Positions 1 to 10,834 of a DNA stretch of 64,000 bases are shown one piece after another (positions within the stretch are counted from its first letter, which is position 1; every line of letters starts with the position of its first letter). Position numbers and translations under genes: made by a program. The notes below the pieces were generated by a model, which was not told the origin of the DNA, did not search any database, and saw only the letters and a list, made by a program, of their open reading frames with translations. This DNA is from Candidatus Dojkabacteria bacterium (GTDB lineage Bacteria; Patescibacteriota; Dojkabacteria; J137): NCBI GenBank assembly GCA_030950485.1, contig JAUZRK010000013.1:9893-73892 (forward strand), written 5' to 3'.

Positions 1-561
1 GCATCCAAATTAGCAATTAGGCGCTCTATCAATAAATTCACTTGACTTGAAGACATATATACAGATAAATCAACCAATACCTCTTCTAAGGTTAATAATA
101 AAATGTCAGTTTCGGTTGATTCAATATGAATAGGGTTTAAATAAAATTCGTTATCATAATCAAGGATTGCCTCTTTATAAATTCTTGAGAGTAATACAGA
201 AAGTGAAGTTTTTAATTCATTATTCTCGTCTGCTGGTATTAAATAATCAGGATTTATTATTATCCTAATTTCGTTACTGTTTGAATCAAAGACAATTGGT
301 GGTCCAAATCTTTGTGAAAATGATTGGATATTTCTATATATATATATAGTTATCTGGGTTAAATCCACATATTTCTTCAGGTGGGTAAATAATACCATCA
401 ACAATATCTCCTCCTATTTGTTGTCCATTGCCATAGTCCGTGCTGTTATTCTCTCCAGGGTATGGTGTAAATTCTGGGCTTTGAGCATTCACTGGATTAA
501 TACTTCCACTAAAAGCTACTGCCGCTGCTATTGTTACTAAGCCTTTAATAGTATCACTCAT
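1..561 (-). pseudogene. Secreted protein split at a (TA)7 tract; runs off the window's left edge
   Basis: ORF 334-561 has a signal-peptide-like N-terminus and stops just after (TA)7 at 335-348. Another frame is open from about 335 to position 1 (RNIQSFSQRFGPPIVFDSNSNEIRIIINPDY...). Confidence 0.6.
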
Positions 562-661
562 AAAGTAATTTCTTTCATAGTTAACGATTATACCATGTTA
601 GTAAGCTATGTCGTCAGCATGATAAAACTAACACTTCACGATATGGTGTTTGTTTAAAGAT

Positions 662-951
662 TTAAAACTCATCATCAAAATCACTATACCCGGTTTCTAA
701 TTTATAACCTAAAAACTCTGGATTAGCTGTATTACTAAATCTAACAGTAATTATTTCTGTCTCCTTAGAGCCGTTGTGACTTAGATTTGCTGATGAAGTT
801 ACAACTATCTCCTTTTCATCACAAAAGTTATCGCTGTTATCAAAATATTTATCTCTGTATTAGTTTGAAAAGCTGTACTACACTGTAAACTCTAAACATA
901 TTGTATTAATGATCTTCCTCGTTCGCTTATATTAAAATCTAGAAGCTCCAT
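662..951 (-). pseudogene. Small degraded ORF, not in the ORF track
   Basis: ATG at 951 (MELLDFNISERG...), an in-frame TAG near 893, then a frame change to DKYFDNSDNFCDEKEIVVTSS...YSDFDDEF* ending at 662. Confidence 0.35.
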
Positions 952-1002
952 CTTATACTAAAATAATTGAGTGATATTACCATAAAGTATTATTATTTTT
1001 TT

Positions 1003-1722
1003 ATGTCTTACAACAAACTAAATAGAAAAATTGATGAGTTTCCAGATGTATTTCCAAAGAATACAAAAGTAGAAAAGTTAAGAGACTTTCCAGATAGTAA
1101 TTTAAATCTAATACTTTCCGCTTCATCATTTGTTTATAGAATCGGACCAATCTTAGAGGAAATGCTGGGAGAGAGTATTGAAAATAAGAAAGTTGTACTT
1201 ATACCAAACGCAGGCGTAGGAACTGAAAAAGTAGATATGGTTTATCAATATCTGTTTGAATTTACTACTATTCATAATATGTATCTAAAGATGCTTGATA
1301 TTGAGAGGTGGCCTAAAGAAATTATCTTAGAATCAATTAAGAATTGTGATGTACTAGCCTTTAGTGGAGGTTTGGTTTCAAGGCTAATCAGTTCTGTTGA
1401 AAAAACAGGAATTAGAGAAGAAATAGTTGAAATAATAAAATCTGGAAAACCAACAATGGGTTTTAGCTCAGGAGCTATGGTTATGAGTAATACAACTCAC
1501 TTCGCCCTTGACTATCTCGGTGAAACTGATCCAGAAGTAAAAGATAAAAAACCATTCGGATTAGTAGACTTTGAGATATATCCCCACTTCGAAGATCCAA
1601 TGCTTCCTTCTATTAAATCATTAGCAAAAAACATTAAAGAAGCTTACACAGTTAAAAATGACCAGGCATTAGTTATTCATAAAGGCAAATTAATTGCGAT
1701 TGGAGAAGTTCAAAGGCTTTAG
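1003..1722 (+). CDS. Peptidase E / peptidase S51 family (class I glutamine amidotransferase-like fold)
   Basis: IPNA, FSGG, GFSSGA nucleophile elbow and FEIYPHF motifs. ATG at 1003 is the likelier start. Confidence 0.8.
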   Translation: MSYNKLNRKIDEFPDVFPKNTKVEKLRDFPDSNLNLILSASSFVYRIGPILEEMLGESIENKKVVLIPNAGVGTEKVDMVYQYLFEFTTIHNMYLKMLDIERWPKEIILESIKNCDVLAFSGGLVSRLISSVEKTGIREEIVEIIKSGKPTMGFSSGAMVMSNTTHFALDYLGETDPEVKDKKPFGLVDFEIYPHFEDPMLPSIKSLAKNIKEAYTVKNDQALVIHKGKLIAIGEVQRL

Positions 1723-1962
1723 TTCTAGAGTTAGCTTTTCATTTATAATCTCTATCTTATAATACTGACTGGCATCATCATTTTCTAAGCTTTATCAAAA
1801 TATTCTACAATAGCTTTACCTATATCAGCTCATAAAATTGAAAGTCCCATAAATAAATCTATATCATCAAAAAAAAGACTTAATTTACTCGCAAGATCAA
1901 TAGAAATACCTTGAGAAATGTTATGTCGCTTAGATATAATGACTATATTATAATTATGTATT

Positions 1963-2685
1963 ATGAGTATAGATAATGATAGATCAAAAAGAGATAGTGA
2001 AAATACTACCGAAACGACAGAGATGACTGCCGGAGAGAGATACGCTATGCAAAGTGGGCAAGCAGCTGCTAGGTATGTGCTTGATAGAATAGGTATTTCT
2101 GTTGCTCCCTATAATCCAAATGATACAAATCCAGAGTATAGGATGGGTCTACAATATTCTCATTTATACTCAACTAGCGACGATCTAAACAAAAATCTCA
2201 TCTCACAAATTAAAGATATTGTACTTCAAATTGAATTGGAAAGTGATGATGAATCTGATGAGCAGCTGTATTTAGTAAGAAATAAATTATCTACTACTTG
2301 TAACTTAATAGGGTTAGATATCGAAGATATTTATATAAACACAGGAAGAAAAATTAATAGAGCTGATTTAGCAGAGACTTATAGATTTACATATTACAAT
2401 ATTGCTGTTGGATTAAGAGCAGTTGATATAATTACAGGAAAAGAGTTTGAAGATTTTAGAACTTCAAGACTTGGATCTATTGCTAATAGAGGATGGCATG
2501 CCGTTGCTGAGAAATATGGAACACTTGACTCTGGAAATGATGATTTGATGGAGGAGTTACATTCAGTTTTTCTTGACCACAATCATTTAAACATATATTG
2601 GCCGCTTCGAGACGAAGCTTGGGAAATATTAATATCTCATCTTAATGAATATTTGTACAAACTGAAACTAATGTCCAAGCATTAA
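1963..2685 (+). CDS. Hypothetical protein
   Basis: 240-aa ORF with an acidic N-terminus; no motif recognised. Confidence 0.6.
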   Translation: MSIDNDRSKRDSENTTETTEMTAGERYAMQSGQAAARYVLDRIGISVAPYNPNDTNPEYRMGLQYSHLYSTSDDLNKNLISQIKDIVLQIELESDDESDEQLYLVRNKLSTTCNLIGLDIEDIYINTGRKINRADLAETYRFTYYNIAVGLRAVDIITGKEFEDFRTSRLGSIANRGWHAVAEKYGTLDSGNDDLMEELHSVFLDHNHLNIYWPLRDEAWEILISHLNEYLYKLKLMSKH

Positions 2686-2822
2686 GGAAATTCTGTAAAG
2701 AAAACGATATTTATACGCCTGGACTTGAAAGTATAATATACACAAATCGAAGTAGTTATACGCCAGTTTCACTCGCTAAAAACCTTCTTCTAGGTGAGGA
2801 CATTGAACTTATTAGTTCTCTT

Positions 2823-3347
2823 ATGTTTACTTTAATAGATAATAAAATGCCTGAAAAAAATAAATATTTCGCCATTACCAAGATTCTTTCTATAAGTAAT
2901 GATGAAGATAAGGGTCCTAGACTAGATGAAATAAGAACAGTTATGTCTAATTTAGGAGCTTTAGCTATTTGGTCAAATCCAGATATAGAGAGTGAAATTA
3001 TTAATGGACTCTTTCTTGGTTCAAGTGATAGGTTGAAACTAGCTACAGGACAATTAAATGAAATACAACTAGAGGAATTAGTAGAAATACAAAATAGGCT
3101 TGAGTTAGAATTGCAGGAAGCTTTCCAAAAAGCAGATGATGAGAATAGATTAACTCAAGAAGAAAGCTTAGTTATTAGTAGTGAGGTGCATAAAGATAAC
3201 TTGTCTAGAGTAATAGAATTATTAAAACAAGTAGATCCTGAACTAGATATCAGCTATATAAATGCTACAACAAGAGGATCTATAATAAAAGCAATAGATA
3301 TAGAGGCTAAAAGGTTAAAAGCTTTACAAACTAAAACGATAGATTAA
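2823..3347 (+). CDS. Hypothetical helical protein
   Basis: 174-aa ORF with coiled-coil-like composition. Confidence 0.55.
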   Translation: MFTLIDNKMPEKNKYFAITKILSISNDEDKGPRLDEIRTVMSNLGALAIWSNPDIESEIINGLFLGSSDRLKLATGQLNEIQLEELVEIQNRLELELQEAFQKADDENRLTQEESLVISSEVHKDNLSRVIELLKQVDPELDISYINATTRGSIIKAIDIEAKRLKALQTKTID

Positions 3348-3480
3348 ATTCAATCTCAAACTAATTAGTAATTTAAGTGAACTTAATTTACTTCATTCAG
3401 AAAAGGTTAAAAATTTAGAATCCGAAAATCAATCCTTTATTTAGTAGACTATATTAATCAATAGAATATCTTTTTTGTTT

Positions 3481-4242
3481 TTATTTAGCGAAATCTATCA
3501 TACTTTTAATATCGATAAGTACTATAGGATATTCACCTTCTTCACTAAATAATTTTGGCCTTCTAATGTATCCATTAGTAAATCCTGAAGTAGTTAAAAA
3601 TTTAATCATTTCTTCAGTAGTAGACAAACCTATGACTAAAGGAAACCCTCCAGCTTTCTTTGCAGCAGGAATACTGTCTAGTATGGGTTCAAACTCTATT
3701 AATTCCCTTAATATACCTTTAAATACTTCCATTCGTTCTCTTCTATTTTCTCTTAGTGCAACTGGTAAATGAAGCTGATAAACAAAACCCTCGCTATATG
3801 ATTGAGGGATAATAGTTTCATAATTTTCATATACTAAATTTAATGGGAAAACGTCTAAATTTATATATTCGCCCATGACTCTGAGTAAATTTCCTTCAGA
3901 AATAGCCTTTTTAACTTCTTCCTGTGGCATAGAGGTTGGTACTTCTTTTAAGCTCATGGAAAGGGCTAAAGCACTTGATATATCAATACCAAGTCGACTT
4001 TCAATTAAGTTTAGTTTTTCAATTTGATTTAATTTTTCGTCTTCTACAATTGTAATAAGGTCTTCTCTAACGTTAGGATCACTCCCTATATCTGGGAAAG
4101 GTATTCCTACAGACAACCTCTTAAGGCTGTTAAAATAAAATGAAAATTCTTCAAGCACACTTAGTAAAACGTGAGTATCTTCATCTACTTTAATTTCTTC
4201 GATATTTCCGCTTTCTAACTCTTCTATATGATTTAAACCCAT
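3481..4242 (-). CDS. Hypothetical protein, possibly with a degenerate GNAT-like C-terminus
   Basis: 253-aa ORF; the YQLHLP...VIGLS...SGF pattern is only suggestive. Confidence 0.5.
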   Translation of the reverse strand: MGLNHIEELESGNIEEIKVDEDTHVLLSVLEEFSFYFNSLKRLSVGIPFPDIGSDPNVREDLITIVEDEKLNQIEKLNLIESRLGIDISSALALSMSLKEVPTSMPQEEVKKAISEGNLLRVMGEYINLDVFPLNLVYENYETIIPQSYSEGFVYQLHLPVALRENRRERMEVFKGILRELIEFEPILDSIPAAKKAGGFPLVIGLSTTEEMIKFLTTSGFTNGYIRRPKLFSEEGEYPIVLIDIKSMIDFAK

Positions 4243-4362
4243 TATAAAAAAAATAACTATTAAACGAGGGTGAGTTTATCACTGAGGAGAGCTAGATTCA
4301 AACTAGCTAGCAATACACTCTTGTTTATTTTTGACAATATTATGATATAATAAAATACAGAT

Positions 4363-4953
4363 ATGGTACAGGAGAATACAGAAACTAAAGACAATATGGA
4401 TGGATTTTTTGATATTCTAGGACAAGACACAGACCCTAATATTTTACCAGGAGATCCTAATAATATTACAGTTGAAGTTGGGGACTCAGGGAGACATATA
4501 ATTGGATTTACCTTAACAGGTTTTCCCGATATAAAAATATATAGAGAAATGAATGATGGAGAGAGGGATGAAGAGTTTTTCGAAAGGATAAAGCAAGAAA
4601 TTAATGAAAGAGCATTACTTCTGAGTGCCTTAATGATACCTCTTATAGCAATTTTAGCCACTGCAGCACCATTATTTTATTCTGCAGCTAACAATATTGA
4701 CCTTCCATCTTTTGAAATAGGTGGAATGGCAGTACTAGCTACAATCTGCTATAGATTATACGAGCATCTAGTAGATTTAAAGTCCAGATATAGACAAATT
4801 GATTTTGTAGCAAAAACTTTACAAACTTCTAATACTATATCCTTTGATGCTGATGTAGCAAAACAACGACTACAAGACGTTGGCGATGTTAGCCACGAAG
4901 AAACACTAGGATATAAAAGTGTTTCTACATCAATAGCTAATACTGAACAATAA
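4363..4953 (+). CDS. Hypothetical membrane protein (2 TM)
   Basis: Two hydrophobic segments after an acidic N-terminus. Confidence 0.6.
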   Translation: MVQENTETKDNMDGFFDILGQDTDPNILPGDPNNITVEVGDSGRHIIGFTLTGFPDIKIYREMNDGERDEEFFERIKQEINERALLLSALMIPLIAILATAAPLFYSAANNIDLPSFEIGGMAVLATICYRLYEHLVDLKSRYRQIDFVAKTLQTSNTISFDADVAKQRLQDVGDVSHEETLGYKSVSTSIANTEQ

Positions 4954-4974
4954 GTAGAAATCTCAAGATTTAAC

Positions 4975-5002
4975 AAGGAGCATGTTTTAAAACATGCTCC
5001 TT
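4975..5002. terminator. Bidirectional intrinsic terminator
   Basis: Perfect palindrome AAGGAGCATGTTTTAAAACATGCTCCTT between convergent genes. Confidence 0.75.
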
Positions 5003-5011
5003 AATTTATTA

Positions 5012-5617
5012 TTACTTAGCCTGTTCAAATCTTCTACCAACAACTTCCCAATTTATAATATTCCAGAAATTCTCAACATACTCAGCTCTTCTATTTTGAT
5101 AATGAAGATAATAAGCATGCTCCCAAACATCTAATCCTAAAATTGGAGTTCCTTTAGTTTCAGCAAAAGGCATTAGTGGATTATCCTGATTTGGAGTAGA
5201 GCAGATTTCCAACTCTCCACTTGAATTAGCAATTAACCATGCCCAACCAGATCCAAATCTAGTAGTAGCTGCTTTATTAAAAGCTTCTTTAAATGTCTCA
5301 AAACTTCCAAATTTTGAATTTATAGCATCAGCTAGATTTCCAGTTGGAGATCCTCCTTCATTTAGAAATAACTGAGAAAAGAATAGATTGTGATTATAAA
5401 ATCCTCCTCCATTATTTCTAACTGCTGTATTTGATTCATCTAAATTCATAAGTATTTCTTCAATACTCTTTCCATCCATATCAGTACCAGAAACAGCCTC
5501 ATTTAGCTTTGAAGTATATCCTTCGTGATGTTTTCCATAGTGAACCTCCATAGTAGCCTGGTCTATAAACGGCTCTAGTGCTGCGAATGAGTAGGGTAGT
5601 ACAACTTTTGTAAACAT
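5012..5617 (-). CDS. sodA: Fe/Mn superoxide dismutase
   Basis: [22 protein letters not shown] and DVWEHAYY motifs; NNGGG suggests Mn type. Confidence 0.95.
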   Translation of the reverse strand: MFTKVVLPYSFAALEPFIDQATMEVHYGKHHEGYTSKLNEAVSGTDMDGKSIEEILMNLDESNTAVRNNGGGFYNHNLFFSQLFLNEGGSPTGNLADAINSKFGSFETFKEAFNKAATTRFGSGWAWLIANSSGELEICSTPNQDNPLMPFAETKGTPILGLDVWEHAYYLHYQNRRAEYVENFWNIINWEVVGRRFEQAK

Positions 5618-5647
5618 AGTTTTAATTTAAAAAATTAGATTTTTATT

Positions 5648-5723
5648 TCCCCCTCTTGAGAGGGGCTAGGGGAGTGATTCCAAAATTTGAGAGTTCACCA
5701 CCTTAATCCCCTTCAAGGATGAG
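5648..5723. repeat. GC-rich miniature palindromic element (CCCCTCT...GAGGGG class)
   Basis: TCCCCCTCTTGAGAGGGGCTAGGGGAGTG plus a degenerate inverted partner near 5697-5723. Confidence 0.5.
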
Positions 5724-5782
5724 AAAATATTTATTGTTAATGCCGCCAGTTCAATAAATTAGATCTTAGATACTTTCTCGCC

Positions 5783-5831
5783 TCTCGATACAATTTACTC
5801 GCTTTCGCTCTTAAATCACTCGAGACTACAC
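5783..5831. repeat. TCTCGATAC...CACTCGA hairpin element, copy 1
   Basis: Same ends as the copy at 20478-20528. Confidence 0.6.
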
Positions 5832-5850
5832 ATTTAACCTTATAACCTAA

Positions 5851-6396
5851 TCATAACTCACCACTCTCATAAAACGTTTTCAAATCTTTTAGTAATTTTC
5901 CAATCTTTAATTCTATTTCTGAATCATTTAAATCGCCATTTTCATCGAAAATTTTATCTGCATGAGAGACAGGCAATCTTAGCTGCGAGTGTGTCTTCAT
6001 CTTTATTATTGCACATAATTCTAATAATTGATTTTGAGCCCTTACAGTTCCAAAACCGCCATCTGTAGCTCCGGTAATTGCAACAGGTTTATTCCTAACT
6101 GAATGATTCGAATAACCTCGACTTAGCCATTCAATTGCATTTTTTAAAATGCCTGGAATCATATTGTTATATTCTGGAGTAACGAAAATAATTGCATCAG
6201 CACTATCTACTTTTTCAATATATTCATTAACTATACTTGGCAAATCAGACTCGATATCTTGATTAAAAAATGGAATATTATCTATTTCAAATACTACTAT
6301 TTCTATTCCATCAGTTACATTCCTAGCTATTTCTTTGGCAAGCATTTTATTAAATGATTTCTTTCTATTACTGCCAGGGATTACTAGTACTTTCAT
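5851..6396 (-). CDS. NAD(P)H-dependent FMN reductase (ChrR/SsuE family)
   Basis: GSNRKKSFN and TPEYN..PGILKNAIEWLSR motifs. Confidence 0.9.
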   Translation of the reverse strand: MKVLVIPGSNRKKSFNKMLAKEIARNVTDGIEIVVFEIDNIPFFNQDIESDLPSIVNEYIEKVDSADAIIFVTPEYNNMIPGILKNAIEWLSRGYSNHSVRNKPVAITGATDGGFGTVRAQNQLLELCAIIKMKTHSQLRLPVSHADKIFDENGDLNDSEIELKIGKLLKDLKTFYESGEL

Positions 6397-6459
6397 ATTT
6401 TTATTCTAAAATATATAGACTCTATTATTACATATATAGTATGTTTTAGAAAATCTTTC

Positions 6460-6972
6460 CTATAAAAACTTACTAGTAAAGCTTATACAGTAGTTTAAAT
6501 AGCTTTTAATTCTTTCTAAATTGGGTTCATTATAATCTACTATCTCAATCCTTGGCATGCTTATTGAAATATGTTTTCTATACGGAATTATTCCATCTAC
6601 ATTTACTTTGACTTCTCTTACCCCAAAATCTTTAGATTCATGAGAAGAAATGTATCCAAATACTTTATTAGCGTAGAGGTTAACATCAACTAAATCTAAA
6701 AAGTTTTTTATAGCTGATGTAAGGCTATGGTGATAAATTGGAACTACAAATATAACAAGATCTGCCTCATCAAGTGCTATTAAATCTGATTTCTGATCTC
6801 CATTTGTATTAGAAACATCAAGGTAATCTCCTCTAAATAGAGTAGTGAAATTTTCTAATGTTATTAAATTTGTTATTAATTTTTGATCTTTAGCTATTTT
6901 TGCTAAAGAGGTGGAGATGATTAAAGTTCTATTTTGAATTCTATTAGAACCATTTATTATTGTTAATTTCAT
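6460..6972 (-). CDS. NAD(P)H-dependent FMN reductase-like protein
   Basis: INGSNR and VPIYHHSLTSAIKNFLD motifs; divergent tandem paralog. Confidence 0.75.
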   Translation of the reverse strand: MKLTIINGSNRIQNRTLIISTSLAKIAKDQKLITNLITLENFTTLFRGDYLDVSNTNGDQKSDLIALDEADLVIFVVPIYHHSLTSAIKNFLDLVDVNLYANKVFGYISSHESKDFGVREVKVNVDGIIPYRKHISISMPRIEIVDYNEPNLERIKSYLNYCISFTSKFL

Positions 6973-7102
6973 TTCGATTCTTAAATATAAAATTATATAA
7001 ATCTCTTCTTGTTGTTATTCAAAAGATTGAGTAATATAGTGCTGTTTGATAATAATTTTTTTACTATTTAATTTCTAGCTAGGGTGATACTAGGTAATTT
7101 AT

Positions 7103-8112
7103 ATGGGAGACATTAAAGATACAGTTGAAACTCCAGCATTAATACTTGAGGATTTATCGGGCGATACTAAAGATACTGATGAGATGATAAATGCTTCAAC
7201 AATTGAAGATGCTCTAAATTTAGTAGGGGAGATCTGCTTATCAATTGATATTCTAAAGAATAACTTAAATATGAGTTCTTCAGAAATTGGAGTTAATTTA
7301 GAAGTACTAAAAAATCAGGCAGCAAAAAGTATAAAAGTTATGGATGTTGGGATAAAAAAGCAGATTACAGCAGTCGGAGTAAGAGAGAGAATTAGATCTC
7401 AGCTTAACGGAGATCAAGTTGTATTAGCAAATAATCGAGAGGATAGGGCTAAGCTAGCACTTGAAGAGCCAATTATGCATGCCTTATATAATTTCACATC
7501 TATTTTCAATACTAATATGTACATACTTTCTAAAAGATGGGATCTGTCTAGTCCAGATAAAAGGTCTATATTAATAGCTCAGATAGATTCTTCTTTAATT
7601 GCTCTCAATGATTTCATAAGTATTCTACATATAGATTATATTTCAGAAGAACAAACCAATTTCAGCAATTCTCTAACTAGAATTGCTGAATCATTTAATA
7701 CAAATCAGTCAGATTCTACAGATAATATTAATGTCAACTTTAATTTAGAAATGCTAAATTCCGTTAAATTTATGGATACAGATATATATTTTATCTTGTA
7801 TGTTATTGAAATGATTACTAATGCGAGGAAAGTAGGAGCTACAAAAGTAGACTTTCAAATATTAGATATTAAAGATACGAATTTAGTATTAACAGCAGAT
7901 GATAATGGACCTGGATTTCCTGAAGATTGGTTAACTGGAGATGAAGAAGAAATACTATCAAATGCCAAAGAGAATCATGGAAAAAGTGTAAAAGAAGGAT
8001 TTCATACTTCAGGCAGAGGGTTATCTTTATTTGGAAATGTTAAAAAAATATAGGGAATAACCCTAATGGAAACGGAGCTTTTATAGTTGGAACATTTAAT
8101 TTAGAGGAATAG
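7103..8112 (+). CDS. Sensor-less histidine kinase-like protein (HATPase_c); C-terminus frameshifted at an A7 run
   Basis: H-box-like IMHALYN, N-box EMITNARK, G1 DDNGPGF and G2 GRGLS. The ORF stops at 8053, but the -1 frame continues IGNNPNGNGAFIVGTFNLEE* to 8112. Confidence 0.65.
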
Positions 8113-8129
8113 CATTTACAATTTGCATC

Positions 8130-8864
8130 TTAAACAAAATTCTTTGATACGACTTTTTCTTCAAAATATATTTCTCTAAAATCTTCATTTTTCATTCTTT
8201 CTAAAATTTCTATTTGAAAATTTCCCGACGCATCATTGCTTTTTGTTTTCTCTATTGCCTCTCTAAAACTTAACCATATTAAGTCATCTCCATTATCAGT
8301 TTTCTTAAATACATCCCCTCCAGAGTAATACCCATATAAAATACATATTTTCATCTAAAAATTCTCCTTTTGTATTTGCTATAAACTGCCTTAATACTCC
8401 AATAGTTTTCATTTCAACTTCTATCCCTGCTTTTTCTTTAATTCTATCGCTTGCCCTCTCGTTTGAATTAGTTCCGTATAGTAGTTTTGAAGAGATTGGT
8501 GTAAAGTTATTTTTCCAGGGTTTTCTATTCCATTTTTGAAATAATACTCTATTATTTTCTTTATCTATAACGTAGAGTTGAAACCTACATACAAATTTAG
8601 GGAATATTATACCTGTATTGGTAATATTAGATGTAATTGAATTTCCGTCCCTAGTTAAAGAATATTTCCCATTAATATTTTCAATATAACCTGACTTAAC
8701 AAGGTGTTGGAGGTGATAATTAAATAAAGTATTATCCATCTTAAATTCTTTCAAATCTGAATATTTGAGATCATTAGTCGTATAAAGCTTAGTCAAGATT
8801 GCTTTTTTTATTGGATTTGAAAGTAATTGGTCTAGACTCGTTTGCTTATTTGATATTCAGCCAT
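8130..8864 (-). pseudogene. Winged-helix + NUDIX-fold regulator with two frameshifts
   Basis: NTLFNYHLQHLVKSGYI wHTH and a degenerate NUDIX box (RIKEKAGI). The C-terminus lies in ORF 8130-8354. The ATG at 8864 needs one more base near 8855 to join the main frame. Confidence 0.7.
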
Positions 8865-8891
8865 TATAATCCAATCGATTAAAATTACAAA

Positions 8892-9910
8892 ATGTCTAAA
8901 TTTGGTATCACACCGTTTAATTCAGGAAATGACTCTAGTTCAGATGATTCTGATGAAAAGATATCTCCTGAAAGAGCTCAAGAGATGGAAAGGTTGAGAG
9001 AGGATTTCACAAACAAGGTACTGTCTTTAACAGACAATTATAGTCTTAACTCTATTAACATTAATATTACTCCAGAGAATACTCAATTTTTAGTTACTGA
9101 AATCTCGAAAGGAGCAATTTCTGACAAAATTATTACTAAGAGCGAATATACCCAAGATGAGGTCTTTATACTTTGCTTTACTGCTTGTAGATATGCAATT
9201 CTACTAGATCCAGAAGATACTAAGAGTATGACAGCTAGGTTAAACCAGTTTTTCGGATTAGATCCAAATAATAACCAAATCGGCTCACTTATGACTACTG
9301 CCAGTATTGCCATAAATAAAATCGCAGAAAGGCCTATATATATTGAAATTACAGGTCCAAGTGATAGACGAAATAGATTAGTAGCAGTTGCGAATAGGCT
9401 AAGAAGCAGAGGAATAATAGGTCCAAGCTATTGCTTTGAAGACTTAAACTCAGAAAAACATAGCAGTGCTTGAGAGTACTTACCAGACGCAACCTTGAAT
9501 GAATTGATCCAGGCATTAGATCTAATATAACTCAATTTGGTTATGCTTACTTAAGTAGTGCACTAATTGAAAATAACCACGAAGAGAGTTTTGTAAATTA
9601 ACACATAGCAACTTTCTTTTTAAGGCAGCTATTAGTAATTCCAAATGGTAATCTTCTTACTAAGGCTTCATCAAAAAACATAATAACTTTTACTGAAGTT
9701 GCAGAGGAACAAGAGTATAGGCTCTTATACTTAGAGACAAGTGGACTGCTTTTGAATGTAAGTAGGCTATTACCTGTAGCATCTGAATCTAAAGAATTAA
9801 GAAGCCTCCTTAGATTGAATATGATGCGATCAAATGGAATACTAAGAAGAAATGCTTTTACACATGAGGGAGATCTATTGCTATTCGTTGGAGCTTTAAA
9901 TGCTCTATAG
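8892..9910 (+). pseudogene. Hypothetical protein with a fragmented C-terminal extension
   Basis: ORF 8892-9473 is followed by coding-like segments in shifting frames (IDPGIRSNITQFGYAYL...; GNLLTKASSK...VGALNAL* ending at 9910). Confidence 0.45.
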
Positions 9911-9982
9911 TATATAAATATTTTTAAATTTCACATATACTAAGGCGTGAATAGACAGCTAATTGTTCGAGACAAAAACTTC

Positions 9983-10834
9983 ATGAATACTACGATTACT
10001 ATTAAAGTAATCAAAACACTTCAGTCCACAGTTCGAATCAACGAACTTATCGAAGAAGCCTTCTTGGAATTCGATAGAGTGGTAAAGAAATATACACGAT
10101 TTAATGAGGATAGTGAGCTTTCAAATTTAAATAGAAATTCAGGAAAATGGGTTACTGTTTCAAAAGAGTTTTTTTATCTAATAGAGTTCATGTTAGATAT
10201 TTCTAATAGAACAAACTGTGCATTTGATCCAACTGTTATAGACTTTTTAGAAATATATGGTTACGATAAAGACTACGATTTTTCAAAATTAGATAACCCA
10301 AGTCTAGATAATATAGTAAAGAGTAAATTAAAAAATCGCCCATCTCCTCTGTCTATACAACTTGACAGAAAAGCCTCATCTGTGAGGCTAATCCAAGGTC
10401 AGAAAATTGATCTAGGGGCTGTTGGTAAAGGATTTGCAATTGATCTAGCTTATGCTAGACTAGGCTCAGAAATAGATGATTTTTTAATTGATGCTGGAGG
10501 AGATATCCGAGTCAAAGGGAGAAATGAGCAAAGTAACCTTTGGAATATTGAATTAAAAAGTCAAGACACTAACAATAAAATTAAAAGTTTGGGGTTTATA
10601 GAACTTACTGATGAAGCGCTAGCTAGTTCAGGTTCTTGGGCTAGAAAATTCAAACAGTTTCATCATTTAATAAATCCTACTAACGGAATGCCGGCTATTA
10701 AAAAGTATAATACTGTTTTTGTCAAAGCAAATACCGCAATAGAAGCTGATGCTTGGGCTACAGCATTGTTTATTGGAGATGAACAAGTTTTTGATTTGCC
10801 TAGCAATATTATGTTTATCAAAGATGGGAGATAA
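9983..10834 (+). CDS. apbE: FAD:protein FMN transferase (ApbE family), no signal peptide
   Basis: FMNT, SELSNLN, FDPTV, DLGAVGKGFAID, DAGGDI, ASSG, HHLINP and ADAWATA motifs. Confidence 0.92.
   Translation: MNTTITIKVIKTLQSTVRINELIEEAFLEFDRVVKKYTRFNEDSELSNLNRNSGKWVTVSKEFFYLIEFMLDISNRTNCAFDPTVIDFLEIYGYDKDYDFSKLDNPSLDNIVKSKLKNRPSPLSIQLDRKASSVRLIQGQKIDLGAVGKGFAIDLAYARLGSEIDDFLIDAGGDIRVKGRNEQSNLWNIELKSQDTNNKIKSLGFIELTDEALASSGSWARKFKQFHHLINPTNGMPAIKKYNTVFVKANTAIEADAWATALFIGDEQVFDLPSNIMFIKDGR

Noticed and set aside
1723-1930. Coding-like minus-strand remnant between genes
   Set aside because: Too short and interrupted to support a call.
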